NCBI RefSeq assembly: GCF_006345805.1
Contig: NC_043013.1
Coordinates: forward strand, 3,720,001 to 3,784,000
Length of the DNA: 64,000 nucleotides
From: Octopus sinensis
Taxonomy: Eukaryota
Direction of reading: 5' to 3'
Shown: positions 13,158 to 26,120 of the stretch, one piece after another
How the letters are laid out: every line of letters begins with the position of its first letter
How positions within the stretch are numbered: the first letter of the stretch is position 1
Translations under genes and position numbers: made by a program
The notes under the pieces: model-generated
Seen by the model: the letters and a program-made list of their open reading frames with translations, nothing else
Databases searched by the model: none
What the model was told of the DNA's origin: nothing

Positions 13158-14369
13158 TTGTTTTAATTTGCGTTTCTTTTTTTAGTTTACGCTTCATTTG
13201 TTTTAATTTGAGAGTGAAAAGCTGTAATGATGAGTATGGGCTGGACTGTTTTAGAAAGTCGACAAAGTTGACACCAGTTTGATATGTTAGCTGCATGGGT
13301 AACAAGGAAGGGAGAACGAACTACAGTCAGGAACAAAAGACCCCAGATATTCCAGGTAACACCAATGCTGCTCAGCACCGCTGGAGAAATCAATATCGTC
13401 GGGAGGGACCGGAACCGATGTGATCACCAATCAACGTCTGATAAATAAAATATGCAAAGCTGAATGTGAAATGTTAACAAGTTTACAGGGAAATAACTTT
13501 ATAAATCAAAATTAAGATTCTCGGGAGAGTTGCTTACCTTCGAATGTTCTTTTATTTACGTTTAGGGATAAGTTACTTTATAATCCTTTCGATTCAATTA
13601 AAGAACTAATGAACTTATTAGACGTTTACCTGAAAAACTGGGGTATTAGCGATGTGTATCGACGACGTCATACCTGTCTAGAGACCGATATCAATAGTGG
13701 TGTGTTTCTTGTTTAACTGAAGCTAGAATTTAGTCTTCGATCCGTTTTACCTTAATAGGTATGACTGGAAATACAGCTATGGGGGCGTGTGAATGGTTTA
13801 TTTTCTTTTCAGTGGTATCAGCTACATAAAAGAAATAACTCTAATGGAATGGATACTGGGTTTTATCAGTTATTCATATATCATTATTAGTGGATCCAAT
13901 TTTAAGCTAGCTTTGAAACAGAAGGAAAATAATTGATTGATTAAAGGCATGAATTACTGGTACTAATTTTATTTGAATTACGAAGGATAAAAGTTAAAGT
14001 AACCCTAAATTAGGGCCGACGAGATTTCTAACTAATATCAAGTTTTCTACAAACTCATTCTTCTTCATCGACGAATAAGGATTTCTTACATATTAATTAA
14101 GCTTCGAATTTGTTGGACATTAATGTTATCGAGTAAAGATTATTTGCCAACGTAATCTGGCAGCCGCGGTTATGACGAATGTTACTGCTATTTAGCCCCA
14201 GGAAACATCGTCATCTTGGATAGCATGTAAAGGTTATAGACACTACCACTACTCTGATATATTTTATTAGAAAAAAAAATATCCTCCATCGGGCTGGAAG
14301 TTTTAAATTCAGCTTCCACTGCATTTTCTACAATTTGATCGTTTTCTTACGACAATTATTAATTAAATC

Positions 14370-14760
14370 GTGGAGGCGCAATGGCCCAGTGGTTAGGGCA
14401 GCGGACTCGCGGTCATAGGATCGCGGTTTCGATTCCCAGACCCGGCGTTGTGAGTGTTTATTGAGCGAAAACACCTAAAAGCTCCACGAGGCTCCGACAG
14501 GGGATGGTGGTGATCCCTGCTGTACTCTTTCACCACAACTTTCTCTCACTCTTACTTCCTGTTTCTGTTGTACCTGTATTTCAAAGGGCCGGCCTTGTCA
14601 CTCTCTGTGTCACGCTGAATATCCCCAAGAACTATGTTAGTGGTACACGTGTCTGTCGACTGCTCAGCCACTAACACGTTAATTTCACGAGCAGGCTGTT
14701 CCGTTGATTCGGATCAACCGGAACCCTCGTCGTCGCAACCGACGGAGTGCTTCTATCCCA
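14370..14760 (+). mobile_element. SINE with family 3 head and a different 3' part
   Basis: Head as at 57410. The 3' part (aagggccggccttgtcac...cgtcgtcgcaaccgacggag) is shared with ~15385-15670. Confidence 0.75.
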
Positions 14761-16213
14761 TTAATTAAATCCCAAAAGGCAAATTACAAAAAGACTGATT
14801 TGAGAAATTGTCCTTGGTAATATATAATTCGTGAGGTTATTTAATTCAGAAGCTGCTCATGATGATGAATATGATCATCATCATCGTCGCCAAGAAGAAG
14901 AAGAAGAAGAAGAAGAAGAATGATGACGTCGATGATTTGGATTCCAGTTGCATTTGAGAAGTTACAAATTGGTTCAGCATTGATGAATTTGCAAGCCCTT
15001 TCGATTCACTTATTAAAGCCCAGGATTTCTACGTTTCTTCCTTCAGACGGAATCCATTTTAACATATTCGTAAGCAAAATTGAATATTTCATTTTCTTTT
15101 GAACTTCGGTTCGCTAATAATTAGCAGTATTAAACTGGGATGAATATCTTATTTCCTACCCTCGACCCCTCTTCTTGTTATGGGCTTGTCCATACATGTA
15201 TTTATGTTTCATTTTCTCTGATCGATTCAACACCAGTGGAGTAATTAGGATCAACTCAACTGCAAATACCAGCTTACTATATATCTATATATGGAAGGAC
15301 GATGCAGGTATTGGTATATTTCTGTAGCTATTTTAGGCAAATACAGGGTCCCCGGATACACGTATTAATGTCAGATTAATTGGCTCACGATTGAAAGGTC
15401 GTGAGTTCGATTCCGGGTGGCTCGTTGTGTCCTTGAGCGAGACACTTTATTTCACATTGCTCCAGTTCACTCAGCTGGCAAAAATGAGTCGTATCTGCAG
15501 TTCAAAGGGCCAGCCTTGTCACACTCTGTCTCACACTGAATCTCCCTGAGAACTACGTTAAGGGTATTCGTGTCTGTGGAGTGCTCAGCCATTTGCTCGT
15601 TAATTTCACGAACAGGTTGTTCGGTTGATTGGATCAAGTGGAATCCTCGTCGTCGCAACCGACGGAGTACCAGTTCAGTTCAACCTTAGGTAACCCTAGA
15701 GTTTACAGTCGACTTACTTGTAGGTTTATAGATCGAATGATTTGTTCAAGCAGACACAGAAATACAAACATTGACATATTCATAAAAGTATTTTGCCTAT
15801 TTTAGTTTGGGGAGGAGATTCACCGCCCAAAGCCTACGCTAAGCTCATAGACGGAGGGATAAAGACATCTGGGTAAAGATTAGTGATTAAAGTTAAACCT
15901 GAACGTTTGGAAATTATCAATTGTTTGTTAAACGTAGTTGGATGGATGACAAGGAGGTATCAATTCTGAAAAGTAAGATTGAGACAAAAAGGACAAAACT
16001 TTTAGAAACGGTTGATAGTCGGAGGAAACGTAGATAAGACAAGTGGAATTAAGTGATATCTACCGAGCAAATAGATCTGTCGAAGCAGCAGAGCAGGCGA
16101 TTGACCGTGGCTAGACTCTAAGAAAAGGAGTGAAAACTATGTGTAACAATAAATACTATCTTTTAAATACAATTCCAAACAAGAGTGCAGTGGTAGCATT
16201 GTTCCAGGTATAT

Positions 16214-16270
<57 letters not shown>

Positions 16271-16312
16271 CACACGCACACACATACACACACATATACA
16301 TACATACAAACA

Positions 16313-16348
<36 letters not shown>

Positions 16349-16376
16349 TATATACATATATATATATATGCATATG

Positions 16377-16428
<52 letters not shown>

Positions 16429-16819
16429 AAAAAAGTAGAAAATGGAGAAATTGACGTATAGACATCAGTTTATTCAAAGATATTCCAATCAATATAATAT
16501 GAATTTTTTTTATCCCTACAGCCGTTTCCATACCCAATTAGTTCAATTAGAGAAATTAAATTAAATTAAATTAAATTGATTTAAAATTTTCAGATTGAAA
16601 CTGGTTAATACGTACTTCATCAGGGGGGAATTTCCAGAAACGAATTACATTCCAACATGTTAGTCGACCTACGACAGACTCAGATGTGTGCGTTTTGGTA
16701 ATGTATGTATCTGAAAAAAAAACCGTTATGAGTATATAAACAGATATGTTTGCTATAGTTATGTGCGTGCGTTTGTTATACATATAGTTGTTATTGGTGG
16801 TGGTGTTGCAGTTGAACTA

Positions 16820-16824
16820 GGTGT

Positions 16825-16903
<79 letters not shown>

Positions 16904-17190
16904 AGTGAGAGATAGGGAGAGAGAGGAGGAGAGAGTGAGAGAAGGAGAGAGGGAAAGAGAGATTGAAATAGAGAGAAAGATAGAAATAAGTTGAGAGATA
17001 GATAGATAGATAGAGTTGAACTAGGTGTTAGTTGAACTAGTTGTTAGAGAGTGAGAGAGAGAGAGAGAGATAGGGAGAGAGAGAGCAGGAGTGAGAGGAG
17101 GAGAGAGTGAGAGAAGGAGAGAGGGAGAGAGATTGAAATAGAGAGAAAGATAGAGATAGGTTGAGAGATAGGTAGATAGATAGATAGAGA
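16820..17190. repeat. (GA)n tract with duplicated degenerate block
   Basis: Long (GA)n, and the block gagagtgagagaaggagagagggaaagagagattgaaatagagagaaagataga occurs twice. Confidence 0.85.
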
Positions 17191-17569
17191 GCTGTAACAT
17201 TCACCATGTAATAGCGCGTGCGCATGTTAAAATATGAATGCCAAAAAAATTTAAAAAATGGCGTATCAAAAATTGCTAATTATTTACAGTATCGCGTTAT
17301 CCATATTTGTGTGCAATAGTTATGGTCATTACAACTATGTAAGCAAAGGAGACCTTAAATGTTACCTAATACAATAGATAAAAATTGTTTTTTCATTATT
17401 ATAGTAAAAAATTACTAAAGCTACAATCACTATAAATCAAAGCTTTGTCAGTGAACAGGTCGCGGTCTCAAAGCGACGAAAATATTTTGACAAATTAAAT
17501 TTAAATGTTGAAGTGAACCTAACGGTTTTGTGTGTTTCTTGGCTTATAAACACCTTCCACGCTGCAATT

Positions 17570-17996
17570 GTTTACCTCATAGTTTTTTAAACATTACATC
17601 ATAAAATATCATCTACATATTCATGAGAAATATGCTTAATTGAACTTATAGCAATCACAATGATACTGTCACCTGTGTTGGAAACTTAATATACATTTTT
17701 ACCATTTAATATCTTTATATCAATATATCTACTAAGCATTTTTAAAAACGACTTGAAATTTGAATCTGTTGATATTTCACGTTTTATTACATTAGCATCT
17801 GTAAATATAAGCATTAAAGAATGCTTAGTAGACATAATATTGAGATAAAGATATTAAATGGTAACAATGTGTATCAAGTTTCCATCACAGGTGACAGTAT
17901 CATTGTGATTGCTATAAATTCAATTAAGCATGTTTCTCATGAATATGTAAGATGATATTTTATAATGTAATTTATTAAACTAAGTTAGAGGTAAAC
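17570..17996. repeat. Foldback: ~170-bp inverted arms with ~80-bp spacer
   Basis: 17570-17740 is the reverse complement of 17820-17996 with scattered mismatches. Confidence 0.85.
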
Positions 17997-18289
17997 GTAT
18001 TGATTTATAGAGATTATGTTATGTTTATGTTTGTTCCTTCTCGATCCACGCCTGCCTCATAAGGACCGGTTTCCCGGTTTCTTGGCGTATAGGTTCCCCG
18101 CCTGGACTAGACGCCGGTCCGTCGCAGGTGAGCTTCAAGATGCAGGAGGAAAGAGTGAGAGAAAGTTGTGGTGAAAGAGTCGGCAGAAGTTTCGCCATTA
18201 CCTTCTGCCAGAGCCGCATGGAGCTTAGGTGTTTCGCTCATAAACACACACATCGTCCGGTCTGAGATTCAAACCCGCGATCCCTCAAC

Positions 18290-18594
18290 CGCGATGCGGT
18301 CCCAATAATCGAATGCAGTCATGCCTTCAATTCGTTTAGTGAGTGCCCTCTGGGGTGATTCAATCCTCGAGATGTTTTGTTTTGTATGGGGAGACCACAG
18401 TGGGCAGCAGTATTCGAGGTGGGGCCGTACAAAGGAGGAGAAAAGTGGTATGATGACACCTTGTTCTCTGGACCCGAAGGTTCTTAAGATCCAGGAGCTC
18501 ATCCTACGAGCTATATCGACCTTATTGTTGATGTGGGCACTCCAACTGAGATTGTCATCAACAATTACGCCCAGGTCTCTGATAATGTTAAATG

Positions 18595-18595
<1 letters not shown>
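18290..18595 (-). mobile_element. CR1/L2-group LINE fragment
   Basis: [51 protein letters not shown]. Confidence 0.85.
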
Positions 18596-18646
<51 letters not shown>

Positions 18647-18650
18647 TATA

Positions 18651-18701
<51 letters not shown>

Positions 18702-18718
18702 CTATCTATCTATCTATC

Positions 18719-18770
<52 letters not shown>

Positions 18771-18794
18771 GTCTATCTATCTATCTATCTATCT

Positions 18795-18888
<94 letters not shown>

Positions 18889-18889
<1 letters not shown>

Positions 18890-19105
18890 TTCGCTCGTTT
18901 AATACTGTTCTTATTTTATTATTTTAACTCATGTCCGGACAATGGACATGAATTAAAATAACAAAATAAGAACAGTAATAAACGAGTGAAAAAAATATAT
19001 AGTGGATGTGTTTATGTAGCAAAGAATAAAAAGCGACCATCCCAAAATACAACAGTATCTATTTCAACACACGGTTTCACATCAGTAATATTGCAAAACG
19101 AATTG
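18889..19105 (+). mobile_element. Family C copy with 5' inverted duplication (hairpin 18889-18991)
   Basis: Left arm tttcgctcgttt...catgtcc is the reverse complement of ggacatg...aaacgagtgaaa. Flanked by (TA)n on both sides. Confidence 0.65.
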
Positions 19106-19144
19106 ATAAAAATAATATATATATATATATAAATACATATATAC

Positions 19145-19247
<103 letters not shown>

Positions 19248-19406
19248 GTACATATATATATATACACATACATACATACATACACATACATACATACATA
19301 CACATATATATCCATATAGGTGTATGTCTATATGTATATATCCATGCATATGTACGTGTATGTGTGTATGTGTGCGTCTGAGTGTGTGTGTGCGTGCGCG
19401 TGAGTG

Positions 19407-19451
<45 letters not shown>

Positions 19452-20059
19452 AAGCAGGAACATTTACTGAAAACATTAATCTTCACACACTGAAATACTC
19501 CTTGAAATTGGTATTTACTTCCAATTGATGTTACATTTAGTGCCTGAAATGCAAGTTTTCCTTTGAGTAGGGAGCTAGGGAATCAGAACATCATGTCTCG
19601 CCTTAAGTAGCTCAAAATAAAATCGAATTTGATCCCCCTGAGACATCGATGGATCGAAGCCAAATAAGAACAATTTTGCTATTCAGTTTAGAAAACACTT
19701 TTAGAGAGATGTAAATGGATGTTCATATCAATTCACTGGTACTATGTTTTGTATAGACAAGACATTTCAGTAATTGATGGCGCATTTTATATTGCAACAT
19801 ATGTAGCGAGAATTCAGAACAATTCTTCATCAGTTTCAATTTCTTGTGGTCTTCAGTTTCAATCCTACTAGAGATTCTGCTTAAAGGGTAGGGCTCAAAT
19901 TTGCTAAGTACACTACTGGGAAACAAAATTTTGCTTTACCCAAGATTTATTGAAGTACAGAAGACATAAATTTACAATAAGGGATTTGCTTTATTTAAGG
20001 GAAACAACTCAATACTAACCGGAATTACTTCCCTTCCCTATACTTCATGTTAGTATATC

Positions 20060-20665
20060 AAGTCCCAGTAGCCGCAGTTGAGGGCTTTGAGAGGAGAGTC
20101 AGTAGGTTCCTATAGAAATGGCTGGCATTTGCGCAGAGCCTGTGCAGCGTCTCCCTGTACAGAAATAATAATAAGTTGAAGCTCCCTATTAGCAGCTTGG
20201 AAAAAGAATTCGTGGTCACCCGCGCTGGGTGGGAGTTGGGGGTGGAGATAACCAAGACTCATGCAACCTTAAAGTCTCTCGGATTGGTATTGCGGTGGGA
20301 ACAAGAGGGGAGTGGAAAGTAGCGGAGGCTGTGAAGGCTGCAGAATTGCGGCAAAACCACAGTGTGCGTCGTGGAGGGGCTGGCCTGGGTAACACCACAA
20401 CACCTCACTATGACAAACGGCAAAGAAAGAACAGTTGCTAATGTCTGGAATAAGGCGCGAGCATCGATTGTGGAGGAACGAACCAGCGAGTGTGTTGGGA
20501 CGAGGCACCGAGGAGCCTGTCTAAAACAGGACCAAGCGGTGGCACACTAAGTCTCTTAGTCGAGTCTTTGAGAGTAGGACATCACAGGATAAAATTCATA
20601 TTTCGGACAATTTACAATGTCCTACCAAGTCTATCCAACTTGTTATGTTGGGGGAAAGTTGATGT
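20060..20665 (+). mobile_element. Hero/NeSL-type RLE LINE fragment
   Basis: GTRGEWKVAEAVKAAELRQ...GGAGLG and HRIKFIFRTIYNVLPSLSNLLCWG resemble the Hero-clade post-RT region. Confidence 0.65.
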
Positions 20666-20740
20666 CAGGTTGATTCTGAACAACCTGACAAGTAGCAAAA
20701 AAGGTTTAGGTTCGATCCCATAATGTTTCTGTTATCTCTA

Positions 20741-20985
20741 AGGCAGTGAGTCAGCAGAATTGTTAGCACACCGGGCAAAATGCTCAGAGACATTTTCGTC
20801 CGTTTTTTACGTTCTGAGTTCAAATTCCGTCAAGGTCGATTTGCATCCTTCCATCCTTTCGGGGTTGACAAAATAATAGGACCCAGTTGAACACTGGTAT
20901 TAATATCATCGACTCAACTGCACCCACGTCCGAAATTGTTTGCCTTGTGCCAAAAATTTGAAATCAATATCTCTGCTTAATATTA
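20741..20985 (+). mobile_element. SINE family 2
   Basis: Same head and body as the 39-43 kb cluster. Other copies are at ~3779-3834 (+, head only), ~23122-23352 (-) and ~63065-63235 (-). Confidence 0.8.
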
Positions 20986-21604
20986 ATTTTGGTTCTGGAA
21001 AGATAACTTAATAACGATGAACCCTTTTGATAGATTTCTATGACTTAAATGATTTGTCCTCTACATTATGTCCTCAAAATATTTTTTACAGTAGGATCTC
21101 TGCAAAAATGTTATAGATTTAGCGCTTAAGAGCTAATTAAACTATTTAGTAGTCTTCTTAATGACCCGGAACCTGTTAATAACTGTATTTCTCCATTTGC
21201 TTTTAGTAAAGTTGTGTTACGCAACTTAATTACAAATCAGAAAATGAATGCAATAAAAGGGAAGAGGGTTAAACGGCAATCCGAATTAATAAAAAATTAG
21301 TAACTGAATGATGAATCTCAAACGAATTAAAGGTCGATATAGCTCATCAGTCAGTGAAAGAGGATAACAAAGCACGGACTGCTTACTCCAAAACAAAGGA
21401 GAAACTATCGATTGGGAAATCGAAAACGTTAGCCTAACGAATTGGGCTTTGTGCCAGTTAGATGCCACAATCTAAAAGTGTTCGCCATATTAATAAGACC
21501 ATCACCGAGGAGAAGAAGAAGGAGTCTCATCCACTGTTAGTTCTTCTATTGGTGATCCCGAATGGTAACCCCTTAATCGGAACAACCGAAGAAGAAGCTA
21601 TCTG

Positions 21605-22070
21605 GGATCTTTTCGGTTTGAACGGCAGTTTTTAAAAATAATTTCCACGTAACTAAACACTTTTAAACTTCGTATACTGGTAGAATGTGTTTATAAAACA
21701 TCTTTTTCTCTTGGCTTTATTGAGAAAATTCTATAGTTTGTAAGATATTTGTTGTTTTTTCTTCTTCAATTTTTGCAATTTCAACCAATCAATGACGTCT
21801 ATTGAGTTGAAAACATTCTGTGCCGTATGAATATATCCCTCATTTAAGAAACAGATTGGGTTTATTTACATTTCTGAAGAAAAAAAGATACCCTTCCCCC
21901 ACCCCTAACCCTAACCCTAACCCTAACCCTAACTAACCCTAACTAACCCTAACTCTAACCATAACCCTAAAATAGATTGAAATGCAATAGATCGATACTA
22001 GGGTCATAATTATGGGTGACAATTTCATATGACACTGCTAGAAAAACTGCCGTTCAAACCGAAAAGATCT
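21605..22070 (+). mobile_element. Telomeric-repeat MITE copy 2
   Basis: Same TIRs and body, with the longest (CCCTAA)n-type tract at ~21900-21970. TSD not intact. Confidence 0.9.
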
Positions 22071-22423
22071 GAAACATTTGTTAGTATCACACACCGACAC
22101 AATTGTTTAAAAATTATGAGGATTATAAAAAATTGTGTTGTGGGGAAGTCCCCCAATCGCAATCACAAATTGTATTTCAGCAGCTAAACTGATTCCTGTC
22201 GTTAAGCTAGGCGAGGTGGGGTTCATCCAATAGATGTAACAGCGATTTTCACTGTTTGGCTGTGTGGCATGAAGCTTGCTTACCAACCACATGGTTCCGG
22301 GTTCAGTCCCATTGCGAGGCACTTTGGGAAAGTGTCTTCTACTATAGCCTCGGGCCGAACAAAGCCTTGTGAGTGGATTTGGTTGACGGAAACTGAAAGA
22401 AGCCCGTCGTATATATATATATA

Positions 22424-22621
22424 GTTAATCGAAACAAGAAAGCACAAAAAAAACACAACAACGCGAGGACGTGGAACAAATATAGTATTATTGGACGCTC
22501 AGGAAAGAAGGAGGGTTTAACGTTTCGAGCGGAGCTCTTCGTCGGAAACATAAGAGAAGGAAAGATCCCGAGAAGGGAAGACAGAGGAAAAAAATCGCCA
22601 ACGGTACACACGCGGTCACAT
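22424..22621 (-). mobile_element. Short Penelope-type terminal element (family A) inserted in the internal (TA)n of a SINE
   Basis: About 200 bp, flanked by (TA)n on both sides. A second copy is at 26704-26912. Contains the hammerhead motif typical of Penelope-like pseudo-LTRs. Confidence 0.65.
22515..22549 (-). ncRNA. Minimal type I hammerhead-ribozyme-like motif (family A, copy 1)
   Basis: Minus strand: GUUU CCGACGA A GAGC-UCC-GCUC GAAA CG UU AAAC. Stem I GUUU/AAAC, stem II GAGC/GCUC, palindromic AACGUU in place of stem III. Confidence 0.7.
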
Positions 22622-22622
22622 T

Positions 22623-22724
<102 letters not shown>

Positions 22725-23374
22725 TCCCCCCCACCGAACATCACTTCACAACCGATGTTGGTGTGTTTGTGTCTCCGTAACTTAGCGGTTCGGCAAAAGA
22801 AACCGATAGAATAAGTACTAGGCTTCCAAAGAATTAAGTCCTGGGGTCGATTTGTTCGACTAAAGGCTGAAACAAGTAAAAGAATAAAAGAAAAAAGGAA
22901 AGAAGAAGTGTAATAGCAAAGGCTATGAATCCTTTAGATCTAGCTTATGTTAGCTCACGAGGTCTCTGGATGAGCTGAATCTCTATGTTATGCTTGACAT
23001 ACCTTTTTTTCGGGTAAAACACGAGTTGAGTTTTGTCTCAATAAATTTTAAACCGCTTCGTACAACCTATAAAATGTTGAAGATTATATATGCTTTGTAA
23101 AAGGGAAGGAAAATGTTTCTTATTTCTTTACTGCCCACAAGGGGCTACACACAAAGGGGACAAACAAGGACAGACCAACGGATTAAGTCGATTACATCGA
23201 CCCCAGTGTGTAACTGGTACTTAATTTATCGACCCCGAAAGGATGAAAGGCAAAGTCGACCTCGGCGGAATTTGAACTCAGAACATAACGGCAGACGAAA
23301 TGCGGCTACGCATTTCGCCCGGCGTGCTAACCACTCTGCCAGCTCGCCGCCTTAATATGTTTCTGCATCAACAT

Positions 23375-23830
23375 AGGCGTAGGCGTGGCTATGTTTGCTT
23401 CCCAACCACATGGTTCCGGGTTCAGTCCCCTTGCGAGGCACTTTGGTCAAGTATCTTGTTATAGCGTCGGGCTGACCAAAGCCGTGTGAATGGATTTAGA
23501 AGACGGAAACTGAAAGAAGTCTGTCGAATGCATGTATGTATGTATGTATGTATGTATGTATGTATGTATGTATGTATGTATGTATGTATGCATGTCTGTA
23601 TGTATGTATGTATGTATGTATGTCTATCTACATGTGTGCATCTTTGTGTCTGGTTGTTCCCCACGAACGTTTGACTACCGGAGCTGGTATGCTTACGTCC
23701 CAATAGTCTAGCGGTTCGGCAAAAGGGACTGATAGAATAAATACCAAGCTTAAAAAATTAAGCACTGGAGTCACTTCGGTGCCCCAGTATGGCCGTAGTC
23801 TAATGACTGAATCAAGTAAAAGATAAAAGA
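23375..23830 (+). mobile_element. SINE family 1, diverged, internal (ATGT)n
   Basis: Homologous head, core and tail. Confidence 0.85.
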
Positions 23831-25309
23831 AGAAAAAAAAAACGGAATCTCTTATGGTAAAGGTATCGAATTCCGAAGACTGTTTTGAACTAAAAATTCA
23901 AAACATTAATTTTGAGTGATTCACGACTTGTCCACATTTTAATTAGGCGGTCTTATTAATTTATGTCATGTTCATTTGCATAATTAGATCATTATAAACC
24001 CTTAATGAATGAACTTTTTAATGTAATTTATTGTGGGTTTAATTTAGGAAGGATGTGGGATGGAATTCACCTCAAAATATTTACATCATCTTTAATTACT
24101 TGACTATGAATATTAAAAATGTATTACAATGTATTGAAATTGAGGAGGACAGCTGAGATCTCCGAGGTGTACCTTTGAGCCTTTCTTTGGAAAACTCAAA
24201 CCGACATTGATGGATTACTCCTTTATTGCAAACTTTAGTCCGAAGTTGAAGGTAAGACAATAACCTTAATAGTTTGAGGAGAGGAGCTGACTTTAATTGA
24301 TGGTTGGTCCCACACAACAAATTGTGTGATATTGAACTTCAAAACTCAATGTAAACTCAATGTAACCGTGACAATAAATTTCATGTCAACTATTGAAAGT
24401 TGTTTAATTGACTCCGTCAGATTCTGCCTCTTCACGCAGTCTGCTCAGTATTGGTACTTCAAGAACTAGGCATTCTAATTATCACTCCATGTCGAAACCA
24501 AATGTATTAAGTGATCTTAATTTCTTATTCATTATAGTATTTTCGATAAAGTGATTGGGCATTGTCGGATACCTCGGCTAGTGTACCCCTCTTTCCCGCA
24601 ACACATATATGTTCTTTTCTGTTTTTAATTATTTAAAGTCTTCCTCCGAGGAAGGAGCTGGTTTCTAATGAATATACAAAGACACAAAGCTCCATCGCTG
24701 GAATGTAGATAGCAAAACAAATTCAAATTTTAAACTTGAGTAAAGTCTTGCATACTTTTATTGTTCCACATGCTGATTGTACTTGTGACGTACGTGTTAG
24801 TTGGTTGATTTCTTTTTCTGAATGCTCCAGCTTATCCAGATTGCCACTTGGGCATCTACTTACAAAACCAAATACAACAATTATTATTGGTATAAATGTG
24901 GATTTATAATCTGGATACAGAAGCTGGAGGATTCGAAACAGTTATCTTTCTCTTTGACTCTCGTGGTACATACTTTTTCTTGTCTGTCCCAAACAACAAC
25001 AACATCCAGCCTGTTATCTTTACGCTTGACAGAAGTTTTTATGGGAATATTCCACCAATATTCCTTGTGCTGATGTTTGTGTATATTTTCGATAATAAGG
25101 GGGTTCTCTCTATTTACTATAGGACAGTTTTTCGTTTTCGAATGGCATTAGTTAATGTTTTAATGACAACGTAGTAGTAACAACATAGGGAGGTAGTACC
25201 TTGATGACATTTTTGGGCAGCTTCTAATCACGTTTGATGTCTTTCACAAAAATATGACATAATCTACACTTCAGTTGCTCTCAGGAGCTCCAAAGGCTCT
25301 TTTATTTAT

Positions 25310-26120
25310 TAGGTATTGGGTTGGTCAAAAGTAAGGCTTTTCAGCCAAAAATATATAAAGTGATTTACTCGATCAGTGATATAATTACCATTTCTTTTTA
25401 GTATTTTCTGACGTCTTGTTGGCAGATCTATTATTCCCTGCTCAAAGAATTTCTTGTCTTACTGGCCTAAAACTGTTCCACGTTAAGGTTTATATCACCT
25501 TCAGGGTTGAAGGTCTGTCCTTTCAATGAACTTTGAAGAGACCGAAATAGGTGGAAATCTGAAGGTGCAAGGTAGGGGGAATATGGAGGGTGAGGCAAAA
25601 CTTCTCAATCAAGCCCCAGTAACTTCTGCCGTGTCTTCAAAGTGCGTAGTCGAGCATTGTCATGATGTAAGACAATACCCTTGTGATTAGAAAGTGCTGG
25701 AGCCTTCTGGTAGATCGTTGCGTTTAACTTGTCTCGCTGGTCGTCGTACTCATGTAAATTTATGGTACTGTCTGTGGGAAGATGCCCGTAAAAGACAACA
25801 CCCTTCCAATCCCACCAAGTTGAAATCATAATCTTCAGGTGAAGTTCTGCTTTGGGAGCTGTTTGTGTTGGTTCACGGCACTTCCCCCACCATTGTTTGC
25901 GCTTCACATTATTATAGACAATCCATTTTTCATTCCTTAACTCCAATCTCTTCGAAAAAGGATAATGTTCTTCTCATTTCTGCAAACAAATTACAGATGG
26001 AAATCCGTTGTGCGAGATTATTTTCATTCAATTGATGTGGGACCCAAATACCAAGCCTGTGTATGAAACCAAGCTAATACAAATGGTTTTCAACACTAGA
26101 TTCGAGGAATATCTGCGATC
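25310..26120 (-). mobile_element. Decayed mariner
   Basis: KWIVYNNVKRK, WWDWKGVV, LHHDNAR, and a YSP.LAPSDFHLFRSLQ-like motif further downstream. Confidence 0.9.

Noticed and set aside
14370-14445. tRNA genes at SINE heads (also 36975, 57410, 60313)
   Set aside because: A/B boxes are present but there is no complete cloverleaf, and each continues into a SINE body.
16605-16627. CTGATGA on the minus strand near GAAAC
   Set aside because: The two core halves are on opposite strands, so no hammerhead fold.
21900-21970. Telomere or chromosome-fusion relic
   Set aside because: All TTAGGG tracts lie at one internal position of a TIR element with TSDs.
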